From the NCBI GenBank assembly GCA_964188305.1, contig OZ076888.1: a stretch of DNA of 64,000 nt, one strand, 5' to 3'. Source of the stretch: Podarcis bocagei. Its lineage: Eukaryota. A program made the position numbers and the translations under genes. Within the stretch, counting starts at the first letter, position 1. The number at the start of each line of letters is the position of its first letter. The notes below the pieces were generated by a model. That model was not told where the DNA came from, ran no database searches, and saw only the letters and a list, made by a program, of their open reading frames with translations. This document shows positions 37,942 through 51,800 of the stretch, piece after piece.

Positions 37942-40319
37942 CTTCTGCAAGGACACAAAGGAGGGAGAGCAAACTCAACTCATGTCACAGTGAGGCTAAG
38001 CAGAAGGGTTGGGTCCACATTGCCAGTGGTAGGTGGGGCCGGAGGCAAAAGCAGTCAGAGCAATGGATGTGACTCTTTATCTTTATACAGCAGGCTAAAT
38101 TCCATCCATGCCAAAGTCAGAGGCTTCTTACCCATACAAATGTCTCTCTCCATTCTCCATTCAGGGAAGCAAGTGGCTGCAAATGGGAGGAAGGGACAGG
38201 AAGAATTCCTCCCATGAACTTGATTAAGTTATCTTATCTTAGGGCCCAAGCTTATGTGCTGAAAGTTTGTTTTTCAAAGACCATTAGAACTCGCACACAA
38301 TGCTCTCCAACAAAGCAGGAACAGGCAAAACTGGGGAAGTTATCAGATATGTACAAGGTCACTTTCGTACCACCTGAAAGCACGACTTTCGCTTTTACTC
38401 GCATACAAGGATGATGTGATCTTCTCACATCTCCACCATTCCCCAAGTTGCTGATATGCTGGTGCTTTGCTCCTGAGTTCCTCCTTACATACATAGGGGA
38501 TCCTGCCTGTTAAGCGCAAGAGGGTTTTTTGCATCCCATTAGAGAGATTCCTAGCCCTTGAGCCTTCTACGCAGCAGACAGAATATGTGCCTAAGCAAAA
38601 TTGAGCCAGTACAATAAAAACAGGTAAATCAATATACATGTTAAGTTGCTTATTTTCTAGCACTTGAAGCTGAGCTTATAGAGGTTACATCAACACTAAG
38701 GCTCACATCAAGATTCACGTCTGGAAATGTTGGTTGCCCTTTAAATCCCATTTGTCATGCCCCTACTGTTACCCAGGCAATGATTAAAATAACAAACATC
38801 ATACTCCTTGCGTCAAAGAAAAATGTCAGCCTCCAATATTCACAAATTCTCTCTGGAAGGAATAATCCTTTTGGATGGAAACCCTGTGAGGCACAACAGC
38901 AATATTCAAAAATAAAAAATAAAAAGCCGATAAAGACTTTATCTGCAGTATTATTAGAACAAATACTCTGAAGCTTTCCTGCAGAGACTGCATACAAAGA
39001 ACATGCAGAGATACAGATTGAACCTAATAAAATTTCAGGGATTTGAATTCTATTCTCATTAGTGGGTGAAAATGGCATGAACAAGGAAATTAGTCAATTT
39101 CATCTGGAGACCAGCAAGGTATCAAGAGGTCACCTCCCCTTTCCTTTTTAACCTGAAAAGCTTCTCAAGCATTTTTTATTTCTGTACTTGCTGCTGGTCT
39201 ACCAAGAGGCCAAAGAGCTGCAGAAGGCAGTTCTATGTTAAAATGCAGCAAATTACTTTAATTTCCAAGAAGCAAACCACACCACTGGGTTCTCCCTCAG
39301 ACCTTCTGTCAATTTAGCTTGTACTAACAGTGGATGATCAACACAATTCCTGGGTTAGGAGGAATAGTCAAGTCTGAAATCCTCGACTTGAGTAGTTACT
39401 TAAGTCTGTATCCACATTAATACTATGAGTGTGTCTATACTTGGTGTGTCTATAACCTACCAAGCATTCAGTTTGGCACTATAGCACACAGCCAAGAGTA
39501 CACGAAGTATATGCCAGCACTTTTTCCCTAGAACCCAGGATATGGCCTGAAGACACATGAGGCCACTGCCTTGCGGCAGCTAAACAGGAACAGATCTTGT
39601 CAGTGCCTGGATGTTTGACCACCAGGAACCACATGTAGACCACATGGAAGCAAGGTGGGCTATATACAGCATGGGCCAGTGAAGCGGCATGGGGAAGCTT
39701 TGTGTGGCACATGACAGCAGAGTCAATCTGATGCTCCTGCAGCCATGCGCCAAGTCGTTTCCTGAAGAGTGCTCACCAGCCACTACTGACTATAGATGTA
39801 AGAAAATTAATAAATAAAAGAAATAGGACATGGCTAGGTTAAAAATGGGAGGAGATGACACAACCAGCAATGGTCCTACAATGGTCTGCTGAAATCACAG
39901 CATGCTTTATGGATCAGTTTGTCCTGGCATGGGTATAGTAGGCGACAAGCCAGCCATGCAAAAAGTAAGGATTTCTACACACACATCGCTCCATCCATGC
40001 AGAACTTGGCCAGTCATCTGTCAGGAATTCTTTAGTTAAGATTCCTGCACTGCGGAGGGTTGGACTAGATGCCCCTTGGGGTCCCTTCCAACTCTACAAT
40101 TCTATGGTCCTAAGTGATGACCCATTTGCTTATATGAAGTTGTGATGTTTCAAACTAGATAGAAGCCTCTGAAGTAAAGCTGGTGTTTTAAAAATAAAAT
40201 ATATTATCTGGCCAGAAAAAAAGCCCTGTAAGAGAAGAGGTGCATGTCTGAGCAAATGGGAGACCCCAAAATAAAGAAAACAGGGAAGTCTTCAGTCTCT
40301 CTCTCTGCAGTCCTCTTGG

Positions 40320-40530
40320 GAGCCAGTGTGGTATAGTGGTTAGAATGCCCAACTGGGACCTGGGAAACCAGAGTTTAAATCCCCATTGGTCCATGAAACT
40401 CACCGGGTGGCCTTGGGCCATTCATTTCCTCTCCGCCTAACCTAAATCACAGGGAGGTTGAGGGGACTAAATGAGAGGAGGGAGAACCATGCACCTTGAG
40501 CTCCTTGGAGAAAAAGGTGGGCTATTAAAT
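40320..40530 (+). mobile_element. Older tRNA-derived SINE (Squam3-like)
   Basis: Head gagccagtgtggtatagtggttaga...gagtttaaatcccc and body similar to 15989-16238. Confidence 0.65.
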
Positions 40531-40999
40531 GCGAGAAAATGAAACAAAAAGTGGGCCATCCAACAGGAGGCATGTGAAGAAGCTCACGGATGAAAGAAGC
40601 CCCACAGACCTTCCTGGGTGCTGAGATTGGCAGGCGGAGGGGGGCGCTCTCTTGGTACTTCCTCCACCCTCAGAGTCTGGGGTGCTGGTGCCCCAAGAGA
40701 GGCCATTCTCCATGGCAGCCCCTAAGTTGTGGAGCCCCCTTCCCACAAAGATGCATCCAGTACCTTCATCATACAGCTGCCACAGGATGTTGACAGGATG
40801 CCACAGGATGCTTGCCTCTGACTTTGACACCTGGAGCATCTAATTTCAGGGCTCACCTTATTTTCCCGGTTGTTAGTTGTTCTCAATTGTGCTTTAATGT
40901 TGTTACCCACCCTGGGACCTTGAGGCCAAGGGAGGGGGGGAGAGAGAGAGAGAGAGAAAGACTCCCGTCTTTCAAGGCTATCCCGCCACAGAACCCGGG

Positions 41000-42100
41000 G
41001 AGTTAGTTGAAGGTGGATTGGAGAGGGCTGCTCTGCGTATCCCGCTATGTGCCGCTACCTGTCGCTCGCATCCTCTGCCTGCCGCCCTCCCAGCCAACTC
41101 CCCAGATCCCGGCGTGATGCTCAGCAGCCCCCTGGGCACGCGGTGCGCGCAGGGAGTCACCCGCCAGCGCGTGCATGAGCTCGTGACGCGGATGGGCCCC
41201 CACCCAAAACCCCGGAGTGACTCATAAAAACGGATGGAGGAGGAGGAGGAAGGGAAAGCGCGCGCGGAGTGGGCGGCATGGGGTGGGGAGGAGAGAGAGA
41301 GAGAGAGATGGGAACGAGTGATGAGTAATCCGCAGGCTGTGGAGGGAGAAAGGGAGAGGCTGCATAGCGAGGGAGAAGGCGAGGGAGATCCTGGCGCCGG
41401 GAGCCCCGAGGCAGAGCGCAGGATGGAGCCGGGAGGCGTCCCCGCCCCGCGAGGGGAGGGCCGGGCTGGGTCGCGATTCCTGCGAGAGGAAACTCACTTG
41501 TTCCTCCGAGCGGCGGCAGTGGCGGTGGCGGCTGCAACGCTGTCGCCCGGCGGCTGTGACACGGCGGCGCTGGGCTGCTTCCCGAGGCCGGCCCCTTCCT
41601 TGGCTTGTCACGGCGCCCGAGCGTCGCGGGCCCCCCGGCGAGGCGAGAGCCAATGAGCGGCGAGGGAGAGCCGGCCAAGAGGCAGGGCTACGGCCTAGCC
41701 AGTTCCTCGGAGCCTGCTGGGAAGCGGAACGGAGCGGGCGGGAGGCTGGCCGGGGTGGGGCTGCCTGGAAGGGGCGGATGGGAGAGGCTTGTCCCTGGCA
41801 GCCCTCGCGGGGATCGGATTAGGAGGAGGCGGCAGCGCCAGCTGCTCTGGCTGCCGGCCTTTTCCCTGCCTTGCTCCTCGCCCGGCAGGCAAAGTGGGCG
41901 CCTCCCCTTCAGAGCGCGCTACGTGCCGCTTGACACAGGCTTTGGCGGTCAGATCCTGCCCCGCTCACTGGCAATCGGCCGGAGCTGTCCACGTTTTAAG
42001 CATGAAACCTGTAGCAGGACCCAGGTGCAGCCTGGGGCCTGCTTCTCCAGTAGCCCGTCTCCGGCCCTGGAATGGGCGAGATGCTAGGGGAAAGTGCCCT
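41000..42100. promoter_or_regulatory. CpG island / promoter of SFXN3 (possibly bidirectional)
   Basis: High GC and CpG density in an otherwise CpG-poor window; CCAAT at ~41650 and GC box GGGGCGG at ~41771. Confidence 0.85.
41498..41620 (-). other. SFXN3: SFXN3 non-coding first exon (5' boundary approximate)
   Basis: Strong donor aa|GTGAGT at 41497-41492 inside the CpG island; the next acceptor precedes the ATG exon at 37944. Confidence 0.65.
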
Positions 42101-44666
42101 TGAACATGTGCAGAGTGTTTCCTTCCTTCGCTGCTCTTTAAAACAGGCAATTGTACGACCCACCCCCCGCAGCAGAATTTGATTGGAAGGGGCGGCGGAG
42201 TGGGGGGGGTCAGGGGGGCAGCTTTGTTTCTTAACAGCTTGCTCAGAGTAAGCTGGCAGTCAGGATACAGGTGACCTGTAACAGGACCCGCGAGAGGAGG
42301 TAGCTGAGTCTCTAGAGTCCATGGATAAAATATATTATTGCATGTGCAGTGGAATGGAATGGCCTCGCATGAGAAGCATAAATTAGGGCAGATGAAGCGG
42401 AAGCATTGACGTTTTGGACTACAACTCCTATCAGCCCCAGCCAGGATGGCCAAGGAGACATTCTTATAAAGAGTCGGATATGGCATAGGGTCCCATCTGA
42501 GATCAGATGTCAGGAATGGGCTGCTGTTTACTGAATTTGTAACAAATGCCAGAACATTTCTTAGATGCTGTGTGACAAACGTGTATGAATTCATGACATC
42601 TCAATGTGAAAATATCTTTGGCTGAATTAATCACAATATCATAGTAGAAATGCTTAATACTTGTAGTACCCTTTACTTTGGTAGTAATCTATGAATTGTT
42701 ACATTGCTATGCATGGATAGCTTTTTCAGCTGAAATAGACCACAAACAATGTGATTTATTGCTTTGTTGGTATTTATGTTCTAGTGTGATTTAGGATATA
42801 ATCGTGAAACATGTATTGATGACCATGAGATCTTTTTGGAAATATTATTTTAAATAAAAATAAAATGATTTAAAACATGTATGTCTACTATCTGGATACA
42901 TTTCAAAAGGAAACATTCCAATGTTTCTTTAGTGGGATATAACCACCTCATGGAAATTGCTTACTTGTTTGTTCTGCTCACAACAGTTAATGTAAAAGAA
43001 ATGTACTTGTTTTCCCATCCATTGCTAGATGGTATACATTATTAAAGCCCCAGCCCTTTCTATTCAAATCCCATTAGCTTACAAAGAGACATTTAAACAC
43101 CAGGCGAGGATGGGGGCAGGGAGTGAAGGAGAAAGGATATGGAAATCCTGATCTCCCTGCCCCGGATTATGCTGGTTGGGGTGGTCCCAAGTTGCCCCCT
43201 GGGGCCATCGTTCCTGGTATATTAATACCTTCGCCTTGCTGGTTCCTTGAGATAAATCCCAAATCTGTGGTAGGCATGCGAGAGAACTGGACTCTCAGCA
43301 GCATGACACGACCAGGTGAGTAGGATCTTGCAAGGGAAAGGGCCTAGAGCAGAATAAGGTGCGCTTTGGAATCTAGATCTTATAATGAGCATGTATACAA
43401 GGATTCCACTGTTCCAAGGGGAAGGGCTCCATCCCTAAGAATTCTGGAGGGAGTGCTTGGGGTATCATTTTTCCATTTCAAAAATTGGTGGATTCCATGC
43501 TCACGTGCAAAGACTCATGATATTGCCTTCTTTTTTTACCCCCCAGGAAAGTCTGTTTAGTAATTTCAACTATCTCTGGAGGGTGAGTGACAACTAATGT
43601 TCTTGTTGATGCAGGATCACCCCATTATTTCAGCTGCAAAATGTGGTGTTAGGGTTCCCACTATCCAAGAAAAAGAGTCCCTAGCTATTAGTAGGAGGCA
43701 CATTGCTTCCAAGAAAAGCACCTATGTTGCAGGACACAATATCAATCTTCTGACTCCTCTGATCCAGCCCGTCTTAGCAAGCCTCACATTCCTCACTTTG
43801 TGTTTTTGGCCCAAAGCTTGATTTTGCAATTGCGTTACAGTATATGAAGGGCTGTACACTAGGCAGATGGGGTTCATGGAAAACCTAACAAGAGAAGAGT
43901 TTATTGATTAGCCGCCCCCCCCCTAAGTCTGACCCCAGCAATCTAAAATTCAAATCCATGCCCTCCAAAAACATTTCCTGTTGTGTCCATATATCTCTCA
44001 TACATCTTGCAGAGAATACAAGCGTAACTATGAGTAGACATTGGAAGGGGATGTTTATAGGTTTGGAGTTTGATTTCATTAGGTATGTATCAGGAAAATG
44101 TTAATGTCTGATGTTTTACAATTTTTTATATATGCTGTAAGCCGCTCAGAGTGGCTGGGGAAACCCAGCCAGATGGGTGGGGTATAAATAATAAAATTAG
44201 TAGTAGTAGTAGTAGTGTAGTAGTAGTATATGACTGCAGAGGAGGGTGGAGGCGGATGATTTAGGCTGCAATCCTAACGGCACAACCTGGGATCACATCC
44301 CACTTAATTCAGTAGGATTTAGTTCTGAATAAACATGGTTAGGAAGCATTGCATTGTTACCCATTTGTGGAAGACAGATTCCCTGGCACTGAGCACCAGG
44401 CTGGATGAGCTTTTTGTTCCTGGGATTTTCCTCTTCGTGACAGAAGCTGTGGGCTAGTCACGCAGCTAGGTCACATTCTCCTGGTGACATGGATGTATAC
44501 AATTTGTGATGGCTTGTTTTTATGGTGCAAAGGTGTTAAATTGCCCAGAGCTTTTCCACACTACAGCTGCAGCTGAATCAAATGCAGAATAAGGAACCAA
44601 CTCTAACATCCTAACATTCTCCTTTGGAAGTCATGCAGCCTGGCAGTGGACCACCATGGGATAAAC

Positions 44667-44987
44667 CATGGGTAGGCAAACTAAGGCCCGGGGGCCGGAT
44701 CCAGCCCAATCACCTTCTAAACCCAGCCCACGGACGGTCCGGGAATCAGCGTGTTTTTATATGAGTAGAATGTGTCCTTTTATTCAAAATGCACCTCTGG
44801 GTTATTTGTGGGGCCTGCCTGGTATTTTTACAGGAGTAGAATGTGTGCTTTTATTTAAAATGCATCTCTGGGTTATTTGTGGGGCATAGGAATTAGTTCG
44901 TTTTTTTCTCCAAAATATAGTCTGGCCCCCCACAAGGTCTGAGGGACAGTGGACCGGCCCCCTGCTGAAAAAGTTTGCTGACCCCTG
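44667..44987. mobile_element. hAT-type MITE
   Basis: 8-bp target-site duplication GGATAAAC (44659-44666 and 44988-44995); imperfect TIRs catgggtaggcaaac / gtttgctgacccctg; internal tandem duplication. Confidence 0.85.
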
Positions 44988-45261
44988 GGATAAACTGTTG
45001 AAAAGCACTGCCAGTTCAAAAATTTAGTCATTTGGACTCATACACTGGGCAGGCTGAAGGGAATGCATGCACTATTACAGCCCTTGTACTGAGCTGTGTG
45101 CATGTCTCTGTGTTATAAGATAGTTATATAGCATGGCGCATAGGATGTGTGTTCCTGACCTTTCTCTCTCGAGTCTATTTCTGTCTACAGTTATGTTCCC
45201 TGTAATGCTGAGCTATACCTTGCTGCACTGCAGATACCCAGCAAAAAGACCCTGCTTAGCC

Positions 45262-45511
45262 ATGGCATCTACTATGCTCTCCAGTTCCCTGCTTTCCCTC
45301 CTCTATTTGGTGCTTCTGACATTTGTGGGCAGTGCGGTGCTCCTTGCTGAGATGCACCAGCACAGCTCACAGAGCCGCAACGTCCATGCTTTCCTGGAGG
45401 CCCTCATGATCTCTTCCTGCATCTGGATGCTCTGGTTTGGCTGCCACTCTTCCCGCAACAAGCAGCTGAAAAGGCACCAGGATCACCAGGCAGGAGCAAG
45501 CTGGCTAAAAG
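45262..45511 (+). CDS. Otopetrin-like exon 1 (MASTMLSSSLLSLLY...DHQAGASWLKG); start codon uncertain
   Basis: gccATGg Kozak context at 45262, with in-frame ATGs also at 45193 and 45205; donor G|GTAGA, phase 1. Confidence 0.8.
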
Positions 45512-48500
45512 GTAGAGATGTTAACACAGATAGGATCCATTGCAAAAATGCCCGTGCCCAAGCAAATTGTGCAATCCTTCAAACAACGAAGACCATCACT
45601 AGCAATGAAACCTCCTTGCCCTTCCAAAGTTTTGGCATTTCTACTAAAAGGGGACTCAGGCAAGTGCACTAGAGGAGCTGTGATACACAAGACATCATTA
45701 CAGTGGAATCCTGCAGAGAAAATGTGGTTCTTGGATCTGCTGGTGTCTGACAGATCCAAGCCAACCAGAAGATATTTCAGAATTTCAGTCCACTCTGCTA
45801 TTAGCCTGACTTGCACTTCATTTCATTTCAGAGAGACAGAGAGCCTATTGTTATATCCAGTGCTTTTTTTCTGGGCAACTCAGGGGTACGCATACCCCTA
45901 AACATTTCATGAATCTCTGACTTTGTCCATTTACTGTATTTATTTTCTCCGATTTGAACTACAAAATGGTGGTTTTCATGAGTCAAAATGAGAGTACCCC
46001 TAAACACTTTTTTAGAAAAAAGCACTGGTTATATCAGCCAATTTGTTCTCACAAACCACCACTCGCATCAGCGGCCTACCCCTATTAGCATTGCAGTGAT
46101 TGGCAAGGGTGGGGACTTCCATGAAACCACAGATTTCTCAGTCTTGTTTCACAATTCCCCTTCCCATGCAGCTCATGTTGTTGTTTTTTAATCAGTAGTC
46201 TTATGGGTCAGTGGAGAAAGGCACTGGGGACTCACTTTGGAATTGACAGGGTGGAACTGTCAGGATGCATATGCTTTCCTTCATCAGCAGGAAGCCTGTT
46301 CCCCTTGCTCTCTCTGGTCCCACGGTCTTGGCACTTAATATGAATGGACCTCCTGCCCCCTTCTGCTTCCTGAATAAATTATCAGAGTGCCTGCTTTCTG
46401 TGCCGCATTTGTGGTGACCGTGCTGTCTTGTCATGGCAGGCGGTCTCTCTCTCTTTGCACTGGCCACCTTGGTTCTGGACTGCCTCTCCTTGGGGTACAG
46501 CTATGAGCTGCAACACTGCGCCTCCATGCTCATCACCACCTTCCCTGTCGTGCAGGCTGTTTTTACCATCATCCAGGTGAGGTCAAATGTGGTCAGATAT
46601 TTGGTGGGGATGCCACACCACAGGCAAGCTCAGCCTTAGAGGAGTTAGCTATTCTCCTTCCTTTTCTGCCACACATCTAGGATCCCAGCCCCATCGGCTT
46701 CTCTCCACTGTGTTTTTTCTCCTTGCAAAACCTTCACTACTGTTAAAGAGGCAGTGCATAAGGCAAAATTTCAGAGTACTGGAGGAACAGTTTGTGCCAG
46801 GCTTCCCGAACCTAGTGGGCTTTCAGCAACCATAGTCAAGCTAAAGGTAAAGGAACCCCTGACCATTAGGTCCAGTTATGACCAACTCTGGGGTTGTGGC
46901 GCTCATCTCGCTTTATTGGCCGAGGGAGCCGGCAAACAGCTTCCGAGTCATGTAGCCAGCATGACTAAGCCGCTTCTGGCGAACCAGAGCAGCACACGGA
47001 AATGCCGTTTACCTTCTCGCCAGAGCGGTACCTATTTATCTACTTGCACTTTGACGTGCTTCCGAACTGCTAGGTGGGCAGGAGCAGGGACTGACCAATG
47101 GGAGCTCACCCAGTCACGGGGATTCGAACCACCGACCTTCTGATCAGCAAGTCCTAGGCTCTGTGCTTTAACCCACATGGACTACAACTTCCATCCTCCC
47201 TGGCCATTGACCTTCCTGGTTGGGGCTAATGGGAGTTGGGAGTCCAATAAACGCAGAGAGCACCAGGTTGGGGAAGACTGGTTTATACTATTAGTGGCAA
47301 ATGGTGGTGTGATCTTCTGTCTCTTTCCCCTCCCTGGCACCTTCTTTCCCTTCTTTTCAGGTCTCAGTGCTGTTGTTTAATGCTAAAGTTTGCATCCAGG
47401 AACACCAGCATCTAAACAGGTAGGTGTATTCTCTTGAGCTATGTAAAATCAGCAACCCAAACAGCTACCAGGCATACACACTGGTCCAAGGTTTGAACTT
47501 CAAAGGAGTACAGTCTTTTCTAACCTATGGGATTCTTTATTATTTCATCCATCTTTCTTCAAAGGTGGGATAAAAATGCAATAAATGAAAGCATCCAATC
47601 ATCACAAAGACTGCTGTTTGTACTGCAGAACTTTCCTCCTCTTCACCCCCACACTGTGCCCTTTCCCTAAATGTGCTCCAGAGGGGTGAAGGAAAGTCCA
47701 GAACATATTTAAGGGGTGTGCAGGCAGGGAAGGAAAGTCCTGTTGCACAAACAGTAATCATTGCACTGCTAGGGCACGCACTTAGCACTGCACTGGATGC
47801 AATTAGAATCACAGAGAATCAGAGACATAGAGTTGGAAGGAACCACGAGGGTCATCTAGTCTAACCCCCTGCAATGCCCTGCAATGCCCGCAGCTGTCCC
47901 TGAGAGGGCTTGAACCGCCCGCCTTCCAATTAACAAGCAGATGTGCTGATCCATTGCACCACAGGAGGGTTTGCATTGGGTAGCTGTAATATGAAAATTC
48001 TACCTCTGGCAAGGATGAGGACGCCTGGAAGAATCTGAATGTTGCAGATGAGGCAACCGTGCAGGGAAAAGCGAGTCAGGTTTTTGGCAGCCTTGTAAGA
48101 ATGCCAGTGCATGAAATGGCTACAAAGATGCTAATCATGGCTGGGAGGAATGTTTGGATTGGGGCCAGGGAGCCTCTATCTACCTTTGAACCAAATTGAG
48201 TAGGGAAGGGTGAGGTGCAGAGATCTTTAATTTATCCCCTTCCTCCTTTCTCCCTGTGACTTCTAGGTTTGGGCTGATGCACACTCTGGCCACCAATGTG
48301 CTCCTGTGGATGAGTGTGGTGCTGGATGAGTCCATGAAGCAGCTGGAAGAATTTTATGATGCTCACAAGGGAGAGACTTCACAGGCCCCCCCATGGTACA
48401 AACCGTCCTTCTCATCTGGGGAGGGAGCTCTCAAAGAGAGGTCTACAAATGGCTTGGCTTGATCAGTGACAAACTTAGGAACTAAGTCTTTCAAAGTGAC

Positions 48501-48834
48501 CAAAGGCATGGTTCCAATCCAAGGGTAGGGCTGCCATATTTCAAACAGGGAAAATCCGGACAGCAAAGTTGTAAAGCTGCTGACATAGGCTGCCATACAT
48601 CTGGATTTTCCCGGACATTTGGCCTATTTCCACCCAGACTCTGCTGAGGAATGTGGTATTCTGGATATGTCCAGGAAATTCTGGACGTATGGCAACCCTG
48701 TCCAAGGGACTTCTGTTTACTTGCTATCTTACTGTACTTATATGGTAGCCCAGTAATGTATGTTCTCTGAGCATTCACATCCGTTCTCTGGCCTTTTGGT
48801 ATAAAGTTGTCATGATTGGATGAAGAAAGCAGAA

Positions 48835-48891
<57 letters not shown>

Positions 48892-51800
48892 TTTATTTAT
48901 ACCCTGCCCTCCCCGGTCAGGACCGGGCTCAGGGCAGCTACCATCAAAGTATGTTACATTAAAAACATAAATCAAACAATCAATTAAAATACAGCTTAAA
49001 ATCAAATTTGGAGCAGAATAAAATCAGATGGCAACCCACAGATTATAATTTTAGGGGATGGGAACATTGAGTGCTCACCAGGCCCAACTGTTTGTGCTGG
49101 TCTTATATGAGCCGGTGGAAAAGAGCTGTGTGAGGTTTCTCAACTACACACAGGGCACAGCCACACCAAAAAGTGCTCTTAATACCATTTTAACAGTCAG
49201 GCTTCCCCCAAAGAATCCTGGGAACTGTAGTACTGACCTCACCAAGCTACAATTCCCAGCACCCTTAACAAACTACAGTTCCTAGGATTCTCCATGAGTG
49301 TTAAAGTGGTGTAAGAATGCTTTAAATATTTGCTGTGGGTGTGACCAAAGTGGACAGAATTGTCCTCTTCTCCAGTTCAAAGTTGCTGTTGTTCCTCTGC
49401 TAAACATATATCCATTTTCTAGCACAAGCGTCCTATTCTTCCTACAGGTGGTTCCCACACCAACAGCTGCATCTGTACCACCAGCCTTTGCCACATCTTT
49501 TCAGAAGGGGCCGCCTACCTGCATCCCTTCAACATTGAGTTCAGTCTCTTCTCTTCTACAATGCTGTACATCATCTGGAAGAACACAGGGCGGCAAAGCC
49601 CCAGCCAAAAGCCCCAGCTCACTCACAAGGCACACTTCCATCTCAGTGGGGCTTTTGTGGGGCTAGTGCTGGGGGCCTTGGCCATTTCAGCAACATTTGG
49701 GGTGATGATCTCCTTTGGAGTGCTTGCCAAGTCTCCCCACACCATTCCTGAAGCCCTACGGACATACTACATCTTCAACTCTGTGCTCTTGTCAGCCATG
49801 TTCCTGGCAACATTGATTGGCATTGCCACCTATAGAATGAAGAAAAAATCTGCGGCTCTCCCTTCTGACAAGAGCGTAGTAAGAAACTTAGATGTCACCT
49901 TGCTTCTGGGCAGCTCCTGTGGTCCCCTCATGGTATCCATCTTCTCTTTGGTTGCCATCTTATTTCTTCATACCAATGGTGGCCTCCACCTCCTAGACTT
50001 CTGCTTCTCTCTCTGCAAGACCATCCAGATATTGGGACAGAATCTCTTCATTACTGAAGCTTTGTACTCAAGCCTCCCTCAAGAGCCAGATGGCCAAGAC
50101 AACAGCAATTCTGCTGCTGCCAGCTGGATCTTTTCCATTTCCAGAGGTCCTGCAGAACAGGATGGCAATAGAGCTTACTCCAAAACCCATACACTGACCA
50201 ACATCATGGCCAGTTTGGAAAATCAACTGCCCATGCACTTGTCAGATCATGGTGATGACCCATCCCTCTTCCAGATTTCACACATTCAGAGAGAACCTAA
50301 AAAACAAAGTATCAGAAGGAAGGTCCTACAAAACATCTCAATTCTCCTCATCTTCTACAACATATCGGTAAGTTGGGTTTGGTTTAAGACAGATCTAAAG
50401 GTGGCACCAAAATTGTAGTGGGTGGGGGATTTTGTGGAAAGGGCTTCTAGGGAGACCCTATGCAACCAGGAACCAGGCTGCCCATGGCATAATTGAGGCA
50501 GTAGTCTCTGTTGGCTTAGTTTTGATAATATGATCAATCTATGTCAGCATGCCAAGTAAGTCTTAGCCCAGGCCTAGTGAAGACTTGTGGTTTTGTTCAC
50601 TAGGCCCAGGCCAAGCTATATACCAGAAAGTGCAACAGATACCAGTCACGAAATGGCTATCTTGAGGTTGTGGTGCAACACAACATGGCTGCCATGGGGA
50701 ACGTGGCATGACACAAAATGGCTGCCACATCTAAAACAGCAGAAAGAGGGACACAACTGCAAAATGGTAAGGACATGTCCATAACTACCAGCCACTTCAA
50801 GAATGGGAAACAGGTTCTTACAGGATTGGACACTGTCCTACACCCAGGTGTGGCTGGCAAAGTTGCTTTTTATCAGGCAACATTGTGCTCACTTACCAAG
50901 AGCAGTTGACTTCTGAACAGAGAACTGCAAGGAGCATTTTTCTATGAGGTAGCTGATGTAGTTGCCTTTTTATCATCTATCCCAGGGCTCCCCCAGAGAG
51001 AAGCTCTTTGGACCTCTCCTGTGTTCAGAATAGATGAGAGGATGGGTGTCCAATTCAAGACCTTTTGTGGGCATCACAGTAGGTACTGACGGGAATACTG
51101 GTGCCCACAAGCACCATATTGGTGAACCCTGTTATACACCAACATAGAATGATACCATTTCCTAAAATGTTAAAAAAATAATTATTAATGATTAAAACTA
51201 TCAGCAGCACATCAGTTACAGTACATAAAGAAATTACAAACATGTCATAAATATTTAATGACAAGGTATAAAAAGATATTAAAAGTTAATTCACCCTTAA
51301 TTCAATATTGTAGTCTTTAAACAAGAAGCAGCACTAGAAACCTACTTTACACCATGAAATTCCAAGATAAATACTGCAGAGCAAAAGAAAGTGAGTACCT
51401 CTTATAGCAGCCTGTTTCACTTTCGAAAATGTTCCAAACAATATCCAGTCTTCTTTGAACTTATTTGCCTTAGCTCTTCTAGGCTGATATGAAGACTTTT
51501 TACTCATCATTGCCAAATTTCAGTTTGCTCTACCAAATTCCTTATTGAAGAACGCCCCCCCCCCATATGTTACATGCACTAATCTTGCCATAATGTTCCT
51601 GATTTTGTTAGAGCTCCAAGCATGCCAAATCTGAAATGGAAAACACAGGAGATTGTCTAATAATATTTGTAGTAACTACCGTAACTTTGCAAAATCAGTT
51701 CTTGAATGTGTTCCAAGTGAGAGAATCTATGTGACCCGTAGAGGGCAGTAGTGGATTAGAACCAAGATCAACAAAAAGTCTTATGGCACCTTCAAGATGT

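Noticed and set aside
40978-42594. Many overlapping 60-209 aa ORFs on both strands
   Set aside because: Expected from stop-codon scarcity in a GC-rich CpG island; low-complexity and no recognisable domains.
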